In this document: positions 9,005-18,362 of the stretch, in pieces | Layout: every line of letters starts with the position of its first letter | Numbering within the stretch: the stretch's first letter is position 1 | NCBI GenBank assembly: GCA_021413885.1 | Contig: JAIOPM010000013.1 | Span: forward strand, 1-64,000 | Direction: 5' to 3' | Length of the DNA: 64,000 nt | Source: Planctomycetota bacterium | GTDB taxonomy: Bacteria > Planctomycetota > UBA1135 > GCA-002686595 | Position numbers and translations under genes: made by a program | Notes under the pieces: model-generated | The model's input: the letters and a program-made list of their open reading frames with translations, nothing else | Databases searched by the model: none | What the model was told of the DNA's origin: nothing

Positions 9005-11647
9005 ATGGTCGCCTCGCAACCCGACGTGCTCGAACTGCTCTTGCCGAACGCGCCGCCGTCGGTGGTCCGACGCGCCGTCGCGTTGACCACCTTCGCGCGG
9101 CTCTTGGTCTCCGACGCCCAGGACGTGCGCTCGCCGAGCATCACGGTCACCCTCGATCACGCGACGCGCGAGTTCGAGCGCGACGGACGCGAACGGGCTC
9201 ACGCGGTGTTGCGCGAACTCCTGCGCGCTCATCTCGCATCGTCCCTGCGCGCGTCGTCGTTCCTGTGGGTCGGCGAGGTTCGCGAGTCGGTCCCGACGCT
9301 GTGGCGACGCTGGCTCGACGGCGCGCGTGATCTCGCGCAGACCGTCCACGTCCCGCTGCCCGACGAGGACGCGCTCTCGGTCGCCGACCGCTTGCTCGAC
9401 GGCGCGGCGACGCTCGGTTTCCCCGACGACGAGCTCGCGCTCTGGCGCGCGCGCCGTCGCTACGCGGCGGACGGAGCGCGCGCGGTCGAGGCCGAGCTCG
9501 AGCAGGCGTTCGCCGACGCGCCGACTGCTCGCCGCGCGACGTGGCTCGCTCACCGCATCGAGTGCGCGCTCGAACGCGGCGCGGTTCGACGCGCGCGGTC
9601 GTGGCTCGACGAACATGCGGCCTTGGTCGCCGCGGACGAACGTCTCGTTCACCTCGACGCGTGGACACGTCTCGCGCTCGGCGAACGACCGACGCGTGCT
9701 GCGGCCTGGCACGGTGTGCTGCCGCGCGCGCTGTGCGAATGGCGCGAGGCGTCGGACGCGGCGCGTCCGTTCTTGACAGGCAAGGCGAGCACGCGCTCGG
9801 ATCGTGGCGCGGCAACGGCGGCGTCTCGGCGCGACGTCGGCGCCAGCGTGCTCGTCGTCCTCGCTGCGACGCACGCTTCCGGAGCGCGTATCGTGTTCCA
9901 CGACGTGGCGGCGGCGTTGCGTCCGAAGTTCCAGGCGTGGCTCGCGTCGCGGGCCGATGCGCTCGTCGCCGGCGGATCGCCCGAGCAGCGGCTCGTCGCG
10001 ACCGCGGAACGGATCACGGCCCGTCGCTCGGACGTCGGACCGTTGTCGGACGCGCTCGATCCTCAGGGTTGCGAGGTATTGATCCTCGAACCGGTGCGCG
10101 ACCGACGCGGCGAGATCGCGGGCTGGCTGTGGCTCGAGTTCGAACATCGCCTCGCACCGAGTTCCGCCGACTTGGAGCGCGCCGCGGCGCATTGGACGGT
10201 GCCGGTGCTCGACGCGGTCGACGAACGGCCGCGGACGGAAACGCCGGAGCGCGGTGTTGCCGCGGAGCCCGCGCGCGCCGAGCGCCTTTTGGTTCGCGCA
10301 TTCGAGTCGCTCGTCGACGCCCTCGCGATGAAGACGGCCCAGCGCCGGTGGTGGGGCTTCGTACTCGACGCCGCCGGCGCGCGTGCGGTCGCCGAAGGCG
10401 GGGCCGCGTTCGAAGCGCCGCCGAACACGTCGCCGCGCTCGCCAGAGCGCGCCCGGATCGTCGAGCGCGTGTCGCGCGCGCGAGGTCGGGTCCGCTTCGA
10501 CGAACTCGCGCCCGACTTCTCGATCCACCCGGCCTCGGCGTCCGGCGCGGCGTTCGCGATCGAGCTCGGCGGCCGCGTGCGCGGCGTGCTCGCGATCGAG
10601 TCCCTGCGGCGCCGCGACTTCCGCGACTCCGATCTCGAGCGTTGGGGAGCTTGCGCGACCGCACGCGCGGCCGACCTCGTCGTCGCGGCGTTTCGCGCAT
10701 GGCATCGCTCGCGCCACGCCGTCGACGTGTGGCTCGGCGAGGGCGCGCGCCTCTGCGAACGCCTCGCGGAAATCGATCTCGCCGCCGGTTGTCGCGCGCC
10801 GGTCGTGTTGGTCGGCGCGCGCGGAACGGGCAAGCGCGTCGTCGCGCGCTGGTTGCACTTCGAAGGTCGCGGCGCGACCGCGCCGTGCGTCGAAGTCGCC
10901 GGCCACGAGACGGATTCCGCGCGCGAGGACGAGCCGAGCTTGCGTTCGCGTCGCGGGCTCGACGCGCTGCTCGCGCGTTCGCGAGGCGGGATGTTGGTGA
11001 TCGCGCGACCCGACGGTTTGGCGCCGACGTTGCAGGACGAACTCGCGCGCGCTCTCGCCCGCGCGAACGACGACGACGCGGCGCGGATCGTCGTCACGTT
11101 GCTCGAGCCCGCGTCGCAGCTCGCCGACCGCGGCCACTTGACGCCCGAACTCGCGCGCCGGCTCGCGCACCTCGAACTCGCGGTGCCCGCGCTGTCCGCA
11201 CGACGCTCGCTGGTGCCAGGCCTGGTCGACGTGCTGCTCGAACGCTTCGCCGAGCGCGAGCACCGCGCCCCGCCGCGCCTCGACGACGGCGCGCTCGCAT
11301 GCTTGTGGCGACGCGAATGGCGCCGCAACGTCCACGAGCTCGCGGCCGTCGCCTACCGCCTGGTCGTCGCGCACTCCGGCCGCGACGTCGACGCGGCGAC
11401 ATTGACCGTGGAGCTCGAACGCATGGGCCTCGACGCGCCGGTGAAGCTCCCGTCGCGCCGACTCGAGCCGTCGTGGATCACCGAGGCGCTCGAGACCACG
11501 CGTCACCAGAGCGGCGGCGTCAACAAAACGCGCGCGGCCGCGTTCCTCGGTTGGGATCCCGACACGTTGGTCGCGCGCATGCGCGAAGCGGGGCTCGACT
11601 TGTCCGCCGGCGCCCCCGACTCGAAGTCGGCCGACTCGAACTCGTAG
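9005..11647 (+). CDS. Sigma-54-interaction-domain (AAA+) transcriptional regulator lacking GAFTGA, with a large N-terminal domain of unknown function and a C-terminal Fis-type HTH
   Basis: Walker A GARGTGKR is present. The GAFTGA loop is absent (CVEVAGHETDSAREDE sits in its place). C-terminal HTH: ..VNKTRAAAFLGWDPDTLVARMREAGL. Start at ATG 9005, just after the stop of the previous gene. The track ORF 8669-11647 begins in shadow. Confidence 0.65.
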   Translation: MVASQPDVLELLLPNAPPSVVRRAVALTTFARLLVSDAQDVRSPSITVTLDHATREFERDGRERAHAVLRELLRAHLASSLRASSFLWVGEVRESVPTLWRRWLDGARDLAQTVHVPLPDEDALSVADRLLDGAATLGFPDDELALWRARRRYAADGARAVEAELEQAFADAPTARRATWLAHRIECALERGAVRRARSWLDEHAALVAADERLVHLDAWTRLALGERPTRAAAWHGVLPRALCEWREASDAARPFLTGKASTRSDRGAATAASRRDVGASVLVVLAATHASGARIVFHDVAAALRPKFQAWLASRADALVAGGSPEQRLVATAERITARRSDVGPLSDALDPQGCEVLILEPVRDRRGEIAGWLWLEFEHRLAPSSADLERAAAHWTVPVLDAVDERPRTETPERGVAAEPARAERLLVRAFESLVDALAMKTAQRRWWGFVLDAAGARAVAEGGAAFEAPPNTSPRSPERARIVERVSRARGRVRFDELAPDFSIHPASASGAAFAIELGGRVRGVLAIESLRRRDFRDSDLERWGACATARAADLVVAAFRAWHRSRHAVDVWLGEGARLCERLAEIDLAAGCRAPVVLVGARGTGKRVVARWLHFEGRGATAPCVEVAGHETDSAREDEPSLRSRRGLDALLARSRGGMLVIARPDGLAPTLQDELARALARANDDDAARIVVTLLEPASQLADRGHLTPELARRLAHLELAVPALSARRSLVPGLVDVLLERFAEREHRAPPRLDDGALACLWRREWRRNVHELAAVAYRLVVAHSGRDVDAATLTVELERMGLDAPVKLPSRRLEPSWITEALETTRHQSGGVNKTRAAAFLGWDPDTLVARMREAGLDLSAGAPDSKSADSNS

Positions 11648-11683
11648 ACTCGGTCGGGCCACGCCGCGTTGCTACAACACGGC

Positions 11684-13048
11684 ATGGACAGCAGCGACTC
11701 GACGTCCGGTCGCGGCGCGTGGGTCTGGCTCGCGCTCTTCCTCGGACTCGCGGCTTCACTCGGCGCGGTCGCGTGGCTCGGCCCGATCGATCGCGCGCGG
11801 ACGCCGTTGATCCTCGCGTGGATGGCGGGCCAAGCGCTCTGGCTCGTCGCGCTCGCCCGCGCCGAACGGGCGCCGCTCGCGACGTGGGCGGTGCTCGGCG
11901 GCGCTCTGCTCTTACGGCTGATCGCGCTGACCACCGACGCGCGGCTCTCCGACGACGTCTATCGCTATCTCTGGGAGGGCGAGCTCGTCTCCGAAGGCAC
12001 CAGCCCGTGGGCGTTCACCGCCGATTCGCCCGAGTTCGCGGCGGTGCGCGCGCGCCACGCCGACCTCTACCCGAAGGTCAATCACCCCGACGTCGCCGCC
12101 GTCTATCCGCCGCTCTATGAAGCAGCGCTCGCGACGATCGCGCGCGGCTCGCGGCTCTTGCCGGCGAGCGCGTTCGCCAATCCGATCGAGCGCGGCGTCT
12201 TCGGCTTCCGCCTCGCGCTGACGGCCGCCGACCTCGCGGTCGCGGCGGCGTTGGTCGTGCTGTGTCGGCGTCGGGGTCGGCCGGGCGCCGCGGCGCTCGC
12301 GTGGGCGTGGAGTCCGTTGGTTGCGCTGGAGTTCGCGGGCGCGAGCCACATGGACGCGTTGCCGATCGCGTTGTGGGTCGGCGGGCTCGCGGTGCTCGCG
12401 CGCAATCAAAAGTCGCTCGCCGGCCTGGCGCTCGTCGGCGCCGCGGGCGCGGTGAAGTACCTCGCGTTCATCTCGACGGCGTTCTTCGCGCGCGAGGATC
12501 GATCGCTGCGACCGTTGTGGATCGCCGCGCTCGTCACGCTCGCGTCGCTCGCCGTCTTCGTCGGGATGGATCACGGCGCGAGCGGCTTCCTCGGCGGCAT
12601 CTCCGAGTACACGTTCCGTTGGGAGACGCACAACCTCGTCTACCGTTTCGTCGAGGGCTTCTTCGGGCGCTTCGCGGCGTACGACGAACACTGGAGCGAC
12701 CCGCGGCGCCTCGCGCGCGCGCTGATCGCCGCCGCGTGGCTCGGTTACGGCGCGTGGCTCTTCCTCCGTCGCGTCGAACCGATCGTCGCGTCCGGGCGCA
12801 TGATCGGCGCGTTCCTCGTGCTCTCGCCGACGCTGCATCCGTGGTACGCGACGTGGGTGTTGCCGTTCGTCGCGCTCGAGCCGCGCTGGTCGTGGCGCGT
12901 GTTGCTCGCGGTCTTGCCGCTCTCGTACTGGCCTTTGCCGGGTTGGATCCACGACGGCGTGTGGCGCGAGCCCGCGTGGCTGTGGCCGTTGCTCGCCGTA
13001 CCGTTCTTCACGCTGCGCATCCTCGAAGCGCGCCGAGCGACGACGTGA
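11684..13048 (+). CDS. Integral membrane GT-C fold glycosyltransferase-like protein (DUF2029 / GT87, PimE-like family)
   Basis: Multi-TM protein with motifs DDVYRYLWEG, VYPPLY, SHMD typical of DUF2029 mannosyltransferase-like proteins. First ATG at 11684; the track ORF starts at a TTG at 11669. Confidence 0.6.
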   Translation: MDSSDSTSGRGAWVWLALFLGLAASLGAVAWLGPIDRARTPLILAWMAGQALWLVALARAERAPLATWAVLGGALLLRLIALTTDARLSDDVYRYLWEGELVSEGTSPWAFTADSPEFAAVRARHADLYPKVNHPDVAAVYPPLYEAALATIARGSRLLPASAFANPIERGVFGFRLALTAADLAVAAALVVLCRRRGRPGAAALAWAWSPLVALEFAGASHMDALPIALWVGGLAVLARNQKSLAGLALVGAAGAVKYLAFISTAFFAREDRSLRPLWIAALVTLASLAVFVGMDHGASGFLGGISEYTFRWETHNLVYRFVEGFFGRFAAYDEHWSDPRRLARALIAAAWLGYGAWLFLRRVEPIVASGRMIGAFLVLSPTLHPWYATWVLPFVALEPRWSWRVLLAVLPLSYWPLPGWIHDGVWREPAWLWPLLAVPFFTLRILEARRATT

Positions 13049-14112
13049 AAGTCTCCGACTTCGACTACGACTTGCCGGCGGAGCGCGTCGCCGAAGTTCC
13101 GGCGGAACCGCGCGACTCCGCGCGGTTGCTCGTCCACGACGTCGCGAGCGGTCGGACCGAGCACGCGACCGTGCGCGACTTGCCGAGCTTCCTCGCGAGC
13201 GGCGACTTGCTCGTCGTCAACGACACGCGCGTGCGCGCCGCGCGTTTGCTCGGGTTTCGAGCGAGCGGCGGTGCGGTCGAGCTGTTGCTCGTCGAACGCG
13301 AGGCGTCCGGTCGTTGGCGCGCGCTGGTCAAGCCGGCGGGACGCTTGAAGCCCGGCGAGGAGGTCGTGCTCGAGGACGGCGCGTTGCTCGCGCGCATGCA
13401 CGCGCGCGGCGAGGACGGAGAGTGGCGCGTCGAATTGCTCTCGGCCGCGCGGCGCGAGCCCGCGACCGACGCGGAGCTCGAACGCCACGGTCGCATGCCG
13501 CTGCCTCCTTACTTGCACCGTCCGCGCGGCGACGATCCGCGGCGCGAGCTCGACCGCGCCAGTTACCAGACGTTGTTCGCGCGTTCCCTCGGCGCAGTCG
13601 CGGCGCCGACCGCGGGGCTGCACTTCACGCCTGCGTTGGTCGACGCGCTCGCCGCGCGTGGCGTCGAACGCGCGACGGTGACGCTCCACGTCGGCGAAGG
13701 CACGTTCCGGCCGGTCGAAGTCGACGACACCGACGCGCACGCGATGCACTCGGAAGCGTACGAGCTGTCCGAAGCGACCGCGGCCGCCGCGCGCGCCGCG
13801 CGCGCCCGACGCGGACGCGTCGTCGCCGTCGGCACGACCAGCGCGCGAACGCTCGAGACGTGCGCGCTGCCCGACGGCTCGGTCGAAGCGCGCGCGGGCG
13901 CGACGCGGCTCTTCATCGTGCCGCCGCGGAAGTTCCAGGTCGTCGACGTGCTGCTGACCAACTTCCACTTGCCGCGCAGCACCTTGTTGATGTTGGTCAG
14001 CGCGTTCGCGGGCCGCGAGCGCACGCTCGCGCTCTACCGCGAAGCGATCGAACGCGGCTATCGCTTCTACAGCTACGGCGACGCGATGTTGTTGGTCGGC
14101 GAACGGCGTTAG
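13045..14112 (+). CDS. queA: S-adenosylmethionine:tRNA ribosyltransferase-isomerase QueA
   Basis: VKVSDFDYDLPAERVA.., ..LLVVNDTRV.., GRMPLPPYL, VGTTSARTLE are classic QueA motifs. GTG start at 13045 overlaps the stop of the previous gene (GTGA). The track ORF 12262-14112 is shadow upstream of 13045. Confidence 0.9.
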   Translation: MKVSDFDYDLPAERVAEVPAEPRDSARLLVHDVASGRTEHATVRDLPSFLASGDLLVVNDTRVRAARLLGFRASGGAVELLLVEREASGRWRALVKPAGRLKPGEEVVLEDGALLARMHARGEDGEWRVELLSAARREPATDAELERHGRMPLPPYLHRPRGDDPRRELDRASYQTLFARSLGAVAAPTAGLHFTPALVDALAARGVERATVTLHVGEGTFRPVEVDDTDAHAMHSEAYELSEATAAAARAARARRGRVVAVGTTSARTLETCALPDGSVEARAGATRLFIVPPRKFQVVDVLLTNFHLPRSTLLMLVSAFAGRERTLALYREAIERGYRFYSYGDAMLLVGERR

Positions 14113-14170
14113 GAGTCCGTTGAAGACGTCATTGCGGCGATAGGCCGCCCGGCCGCGCCGGCTCTGCGTC

Positions 14171-14215
14171 GCGGGATCCTCTTCGCAACGACGCCGCGCG
14201 TCGTTGCGATCCCGC
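14171..14215. terminator. Long GC hairpin (GCGGGATC..TCGCAACGACG-loop-CGTCGTTGCGA..GATCCCGC) between convergent queA and thiE. Candidate bidirectional terminator or structured element.
   Basis: Arm complementarity read directly. No clean U-tract follows. Confidence 0.35.
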
Positions 14216-14241
14216 GGGCGCGGGACCGAGGCTTACCCCTC

Positions 14242-14261
14242 GGCGAATTCGCGAATTCGCC
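14242..14261. repeat. Perfect 20-bp palindrome GGCGAATTCGCGAATTCGCC (two EcoRI sites) in the queA/thiE convergent spacer
   Basis: The sequence is its own reverse complement. Confidence 0.6.
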
Positions 14262-14330
14262 TGCGGCGACGCTCCTTGATCCGACACGGCCGGACGGCTT
14301 CTCGCTCGCAAGCACTTCTTCAACGAACTC

Positions 14331-15038
14331 CTAGACACCGTCGAGCCACGCGCGCAGTTCCTGCGCTGCGCGCGCCGGATCGGGCGCCGCGAGGATCGCC
14401 GACGACACGGCGGCACGGCCGACTTCCGCGAGCTCGACGACGTTCTCGCGTCCGATGCCGCCGATCGGGAAGAGCGGGAGCTCGGTGCCCTGCTGCGCGA
14501 TCCACGCGGCTTCCGCGCCGAGTCCGCGCGCGTAGCCTTTCGTCGCCGTTTCGAAGATCGGGCCGAAGCCGAGGTAGTCGACCGCGAGTTCGCTCGCTTC
14601 CGCGACTTGTCCGTGCGTGTGCGTCGAGAAGCCGATCAACGCGTCGTCGCCGAGCACCGCGCGCGCGATGTCGACCGGACAATCGTCCTGACCGAGATGC
14701 ACGCCCGCGAGCCCGCGATCCTGCAGCGACCGCGCGACGTCGACGCGATCGTTCGCGATCACCAAAACGGAGCTCGAGCGCGACTTGACGACGTCGAGGA
14801 CGCGCGAACACCAATCGAAGAGCTCGCGCGCGTTGGTTTGGATCCGCGCGTGGTCGCCGCGCGCGGGCTCGGCGTTGCGATCCGGCGCCTTCGGTCGCAC
14901 TTGCACGATGTCGACGTGGTCGAGCACGGCTTCGAGCACTGCGAGCGGCTCGCGCGCGCCGCAGACCTCCGGCGTGAAGATCAAGTAGAGGCGCGCCTTG
15001 CGCACCGCGTCACGCAATTCGACGGAGCGAGCGCTCAT
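14331..15038 (-). CDS. thiE: Thiamine-phosphate synthase ThiE
   Basis: C-terminal 235 aa of track ORF 14331-15635: ..LYLIFTPE..VQVRPK..GVHLGQDD..GFSTH..DYLGFGPIFET.TK.. is the ThiE signature. Start at the ATG at complement of 15036-15038. Upstream track residues are low-complexity shadow. Confidence 0.85.
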   Translation of the reverse strand: MSARSVELRDAVRKARLYLIFTPEVCGAREPLAVLEAVLDHVDIVQVRPKAPDRNAEPARGDHARIQTNARELFDWCSRVLDVVKSRSSSVLVIANDRVDVARSLQDRGLAGVHLGQDDCPVDIARAVLGDDALIGFSTHTHGQVAEASELAVDYLGFGPIFETATKGYARGLGAEAAWIAQQGTELPLFPIGGIGRENVVELAEVGRAAVSSAILAAPDPARAAQELRAWLDGV

Positions 15039-15213
15039 GCGCGCGCTCGCCGGTCGCGCAACGAGTTCGAGATCGGTGGACGAGTCGTCATCGAGGCGGG
15101 CTCTCCTGCGGGACGTTCTAGCGCGGCGGCGCGCGGCTGTCGTCCCGCCGGTCGGCGCGGACTTCGCGGTTCGACGTTCGTTCGGACTCGCGAAGGGTCC
15201 GCGACGAACCGGT

Positions 15214-16866
15214 ATGCTTTCCTGGATGCTCTTCCTCCCTCCGCAGTCCGCCGCGCCGTCGGTTCCCGTTCCGCTCTTCGTCGAGCACGGGCCCGAAGCC
15301 CTCGGTTCCGTGCTCACGACGTGCGGCACGACGGCCAAGGAATACATCCTCGAGGTCAACGGCGGCGGCCTCGCGCTCGCGGACTTCGACGGCGATTCCG
15401 ATCTCGATCTCGTCGTCGTCGACGGCTCGACGATCGAGCGCGTGACCAAAGGCGAGACCGGTTTTCCTCCGCGCCTCTTCCTGAACGACGGCCACGGCAA
15501 ATTCGCGCAGGCCGGCGAGAAGTGGGCGATGACCGGCGGCAAGTGGGGCATGGGCGCGGCGGTCGGCGACGTCGACGACGACGGTTGGCTCGATCTCGTC
15601 GTGACGCAGTGGGGACCGACGCGGCTCTTCCTCAATCAGAAGGGCGCGGGCTTCGTCGAAGCGACCGCGACCGCCGGCTTCGTCGGCGAGGACTGGGGCA
15701 CCAGCGCCGCGTTCCTCGACTACGACCGCGACGGCAAGCTCGACCTCGCCGTCGTGAACTACCTCGACTTCGTGATCGGCAAGGTCGCGCCGCCGGGCGG
15801 CGGATGTTCGTGGAAGGGCTTCCCGGTGATGTGCGGTCCCGAGGGACTGCAAGGCGAGCATGATCGGCTCTACCACAACCTCGGCGCCGGCAAGTTCGCG
15901 GACGCGACCGCCGCCGCGAAGATGCGCGTCGAGGAGCCCGGCTACGGACTCGGCGCGATGCCGCTCGACTACGACGGTGACGGCGACATCGACCTCTTCG
16001 TCGGCAACGACTCGACGCCGAACTTCCTGTGGGAGAACCAAGGCGACGGCACGTTCAAGGAGGTCGCGTTCCTGCGCGGCTGCAGCCACGACTCCAACGG
16101 TCGCGAGCAAGCGGCGATGGGTATCGGCTGCGCCGATCTCGACGGCGACGGACGCGAGGACTTGATGGTCTCGACGTTCTCGGGCGAGAACAACTCGTTG
16201 TTCCTGTCGCGGCGCGACAAGCTCTTCCGCGAGAGCTCCTTCGCGGCCGGCTTCGGCGGTGCGAGCATGCCGTTCCTCGGTTGGGGGACGGCGCTCGTCG
16301 ACCTCGATCTCGACGGCGATCTCGACTCGTTCGTGTTCAACGGCCACGTCTATCCGCAGGCCGACAACGCGGGCACCGACACCAGCTACGCGCAGGTCGA
16401 TCAGTTCTACGAGAACGTCGGCAAGGGCAAGTTCGCGATGCGGCCGTTGAGCGACGGCAAGCCGCGCGTGTCGCGCGCCGCGGTCTCCGGCGATCTCGAC
16501 GGCGACGGTGACGTCGACCTCGTCGCGATCCAGATGAACGCCGACGTGCGCGTGTTGCTCAATACGACGCGCGAGAGACTGCCGAAGGAGAAGACGCACT
16601 GGCTCGCCGTCGAGCTGCGTGCGAAGGGCGCGAACAAGTTCGCGCTTGGAGCGCACGTGCGCGCCGAGTGGGAGGGCGGCGTGCGCGGCGCTGAAGTGCG
16701 CACCAGCGGCGGCTTCCAGTGCGGGATCCAGCCGCGCGTGCACTTCGGGCTCGGCGCCGCGGCGACGGTGAAGAAGCTCCTCGTGCGTTGGCCGTCGGGC
16801 AAGGAGCAGACGCTCGCCGACGTCGCGGTCGATCGTCTGTTGGTGATCGAGGAGTCGACGCCGTGA
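15214..16866 (+). CDS. CRTAC1/ASPIC-UnbV family protein with FG-GAP (VCBS) repeats
   Basis: Repeated ..DFDGDGDLDL.. / DVDDDGWLDLVV / LDYDRDGKLDLAVVN motifs and a C-terminal UnbV_ASPIC-like region (LVRWPSGKEQTL). The start is uncertain (ATG 15214 chosen), and no clear signal peptide is seen. Confidence 0.65.
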   Translation: MLSWMLFLPPQSAAPSVPVPLFVEHGPEALGSVLTTCGTTAKEYILEVNGGGLALADFDGDSDLDLVVVDGSTIERVTKGETGFPPRLFLNDGHGKFAQAGEKWAMTGGKWGMGAAVGDVDDDGWLDLVVTQWGPTRLFLNQKGAGFVEATATAGFVGEDWGTSAAFLDYDRDGKLDLAVVNYLDFVIGKVAPPGGGCSWKGFPVMCGPEGLQGEHDRLYHNLGAGKFADATAAAKMRVEEPGYGLGAMPLDYDGDGDIDLFVGNDSTPNFLWENQGDGTFKEVAFLRGCSHDSNGREQAAMGIGCADLDGDGREDLMVSTFSGENNSLFLSRRDKLFRESSFAAGFGGASMPFLGWGTALVDLDLDGDLDSFVFNGHVYPQADNAGTDTSYAQVDQFYENVGKGKFAMRPLSDGKPRVSRAAVSGDLDGDGDVDLVAIQMNADVRVLLNTTRERLPKEKTHWLAVELRAKGANKFALGAHVRAEWEGGVRGAEVRTSGGFQCGIQPRVHFGLGAAATVKKLLVRWPSGKEQTLADVAVDRLLVIEESTP

Positions 16867-18017
16867 TCCTCGCGTTCGCACTGCTGCTCGCGCCGCTCGC
16901 GTTCCAAGACGCCGCGCCGAAGGTCGACATCCCGGCGCGGATCGCGCAAGCGCTCGAGCGCGATCCCAACACGTTGCCCGCGGCGCCCGCCGCTAAATGG
17001 AAGAACTGGGACGGCAAGACGCCGCCGGCGGAGGCGCTCGCTCGTGCGCTCGGCGCCGGCATCGCGACGTACCGCGACGGCGACCTCGGTCTCGCGCTCG
17101 CCCAGTTCCACGCGATCCTCGACCTCGAGCCCGACTTGCCGCCCGCGCTGTATCACGCGGGGCTCTGCTATTTCCGACTGCGGCGCTACCGCGATTGCGC
17201 GACGGTGATCGCGCGCTTCGAGACGGTCGCGCCCAACGAAGTCGGCGCGACGCGCGTGCTCGGGCACGCGTACTACTCGCTCGGTCGCTACTCCGACGCT
17301 CTCGCGCAGTACGAGAAAGTGTTGGCCGTCGCGCCCGACGACGTCGAGGCGCGCCGCGGGCTTGCGTTGGCGCGCATGCGTCTCGGCGGAACCGACGAGG
17401 CGTTGGTCGAGCTCGAGCGCGTGCTCGCGCGCAAGCCCGATCACGCCGACGCGCAGACGTGGAAGGCGCAGTTGCTCTACGACCTCGGGCGCAGCGAGGA
17501 GGCGCTCGCGGCGGCGAAGCGCGCGGCGGAGCTCGATCCGTTCGAGCCCAAGCCTTGGTACTTGCTCGGCCAGATCCAGATCGATCTCGGCCACGACGAC
17601 GACGCGACCGCGGCGCGCGCGCGGTTCGAGACTCTCGCCCGCGCGTCGACCGAGATCCGTTCGCTCGAAGCGTTGCTGCTGACCGAGCCGCACCTGATCG
17701 GGCCTCAGCGGCGCTTGATCGAGATCCACACCGAGATCGGCGACGCGAAGACGGTGCGCGAGCGCCTCGCGCGCCTGTTGGGCGAGCGACCGAAGGACGT
17801 CGGCCTGCGCATCTTCGCGCTCGACACCTGGGTCGCTTTGAAGGACGACGATGCGGCTCGGGCCGCGGCTCTCGAACTCGAGCGCGAAGGCGCCGACGAG
17901 GCGGAGGCGTGGAAGCGGCTCGAAGCGTATTGGGCTTCAGTGCGCGACCGCGTGCGCCAGGTGCAGGCGTCCGAACGCTACTTGCGGCTCAAGGGCGGCG
18001 TGAAGGACTCGCGCTGA
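16863..18017 (+). CDS. Secreted TPR-repeat protein
   Basis: GTG at 16863 overlaps the stop of the upstream gene (GTGA). N-terminus VILAFALLLAPLAFQDA is signal-like. Multiple 34-residue TPR-like repeats (..ALYHAGLCYFRLRRYRDCA.., ..AYYSLGRYSDALAQYEKVLAVAPDD..). Confidence 0.7.
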   Translation: MILAFALLLAPLAFQDAAPKVDIPARIAQALERDPNTLPAAPAAKWKNWDGKTPPAEALARALGAGIATYRDGDLGLALAQFHAILDLEPDLPPALYHAGLCYFRLRRYRDCATVIARFETVAPNEVGATRVLGHAYYSLGRYSDALAQYEKVLAVAPDDVEARRGLALARMRLGGTDEALVELERVLARKPDHADAQTWKAQLLYDLGRSEEALAAAKRAAELDPFEPKPWYLLGQIQIDLGHDDDATAARARFETLARASTEIRSLEALLLTEPHLIGPQRRLIEIHTEIGDAKTVRERLARLLGERPKDVGLRIFALDTWVALKDDDAARAAALELEREGADEAEAWKRLEAYWASVRDRVRQVQASERYLRLKGGVKDSR

Positions 18018-18128
18018 AAAGCACCGCGCCCGGCGGTCGGATGCACTCGACCTCGGGCGCGGCGGACGATGACGTAGCGAACGGAGCGAAGGATTCGGGC
18101 GACGGCGGCGATCAGGCAATCGCTGCGG

Positions 18129-18362
18129 TCACGCGGACTCCTTGTTCTGTTGTTGGTTCGGCTGGTTCTTGCGCGGGCGGCCGCCCTTCGGGCGACGGTC
18201 TTCGAGCGCGCGGTTGAAGGCCTGCCAGTCCTCTTGGCTGAACAGGCGCACCTCGTTGCCGCATTGGACGCAGAAGCTCTTGTCCAAGCTCATCAGGTAC
18301 GAGACGTACGTTTGGCAGTGCGCACAAAACTTCCGGTCGGCGTAGTAGTCGAGTTGTTCCAT
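18129..18362 (-). CDS. Small zinc-ribbon protein (CxxC..CxxC), about 77 aa; an alternative upstream start gives 108 aa
   Basis: ..RKFCAHCQTYVSYLMSLDKSFCVQCGNEV.. The gene body is about 58% GC, versus about 70% locally. The ATG at complement of 18360-18362 is chosen; the track ORF extends to 18455. Confidence 0.5.
   Translation of the reverse strand: MEQLDYYADRKFCAHCQTYVSYLMSLDKSFCVQCGNEVRLFSQEDWQAFNRALEDRRPKGGRPRKNQPNQQQNKESA

Noticed and set aside
8903-11662. 919-aa minus-strand ORF and overlapping 859-aa plus-strand ORF (9541-12120)
   Set aside because: Both are low-complexity Arg/Ala/Gly frames overlapping the EBP-like gene, whose frame shows Walker A and HTH motifs. Only the 9005-11647 frame looks like protein.
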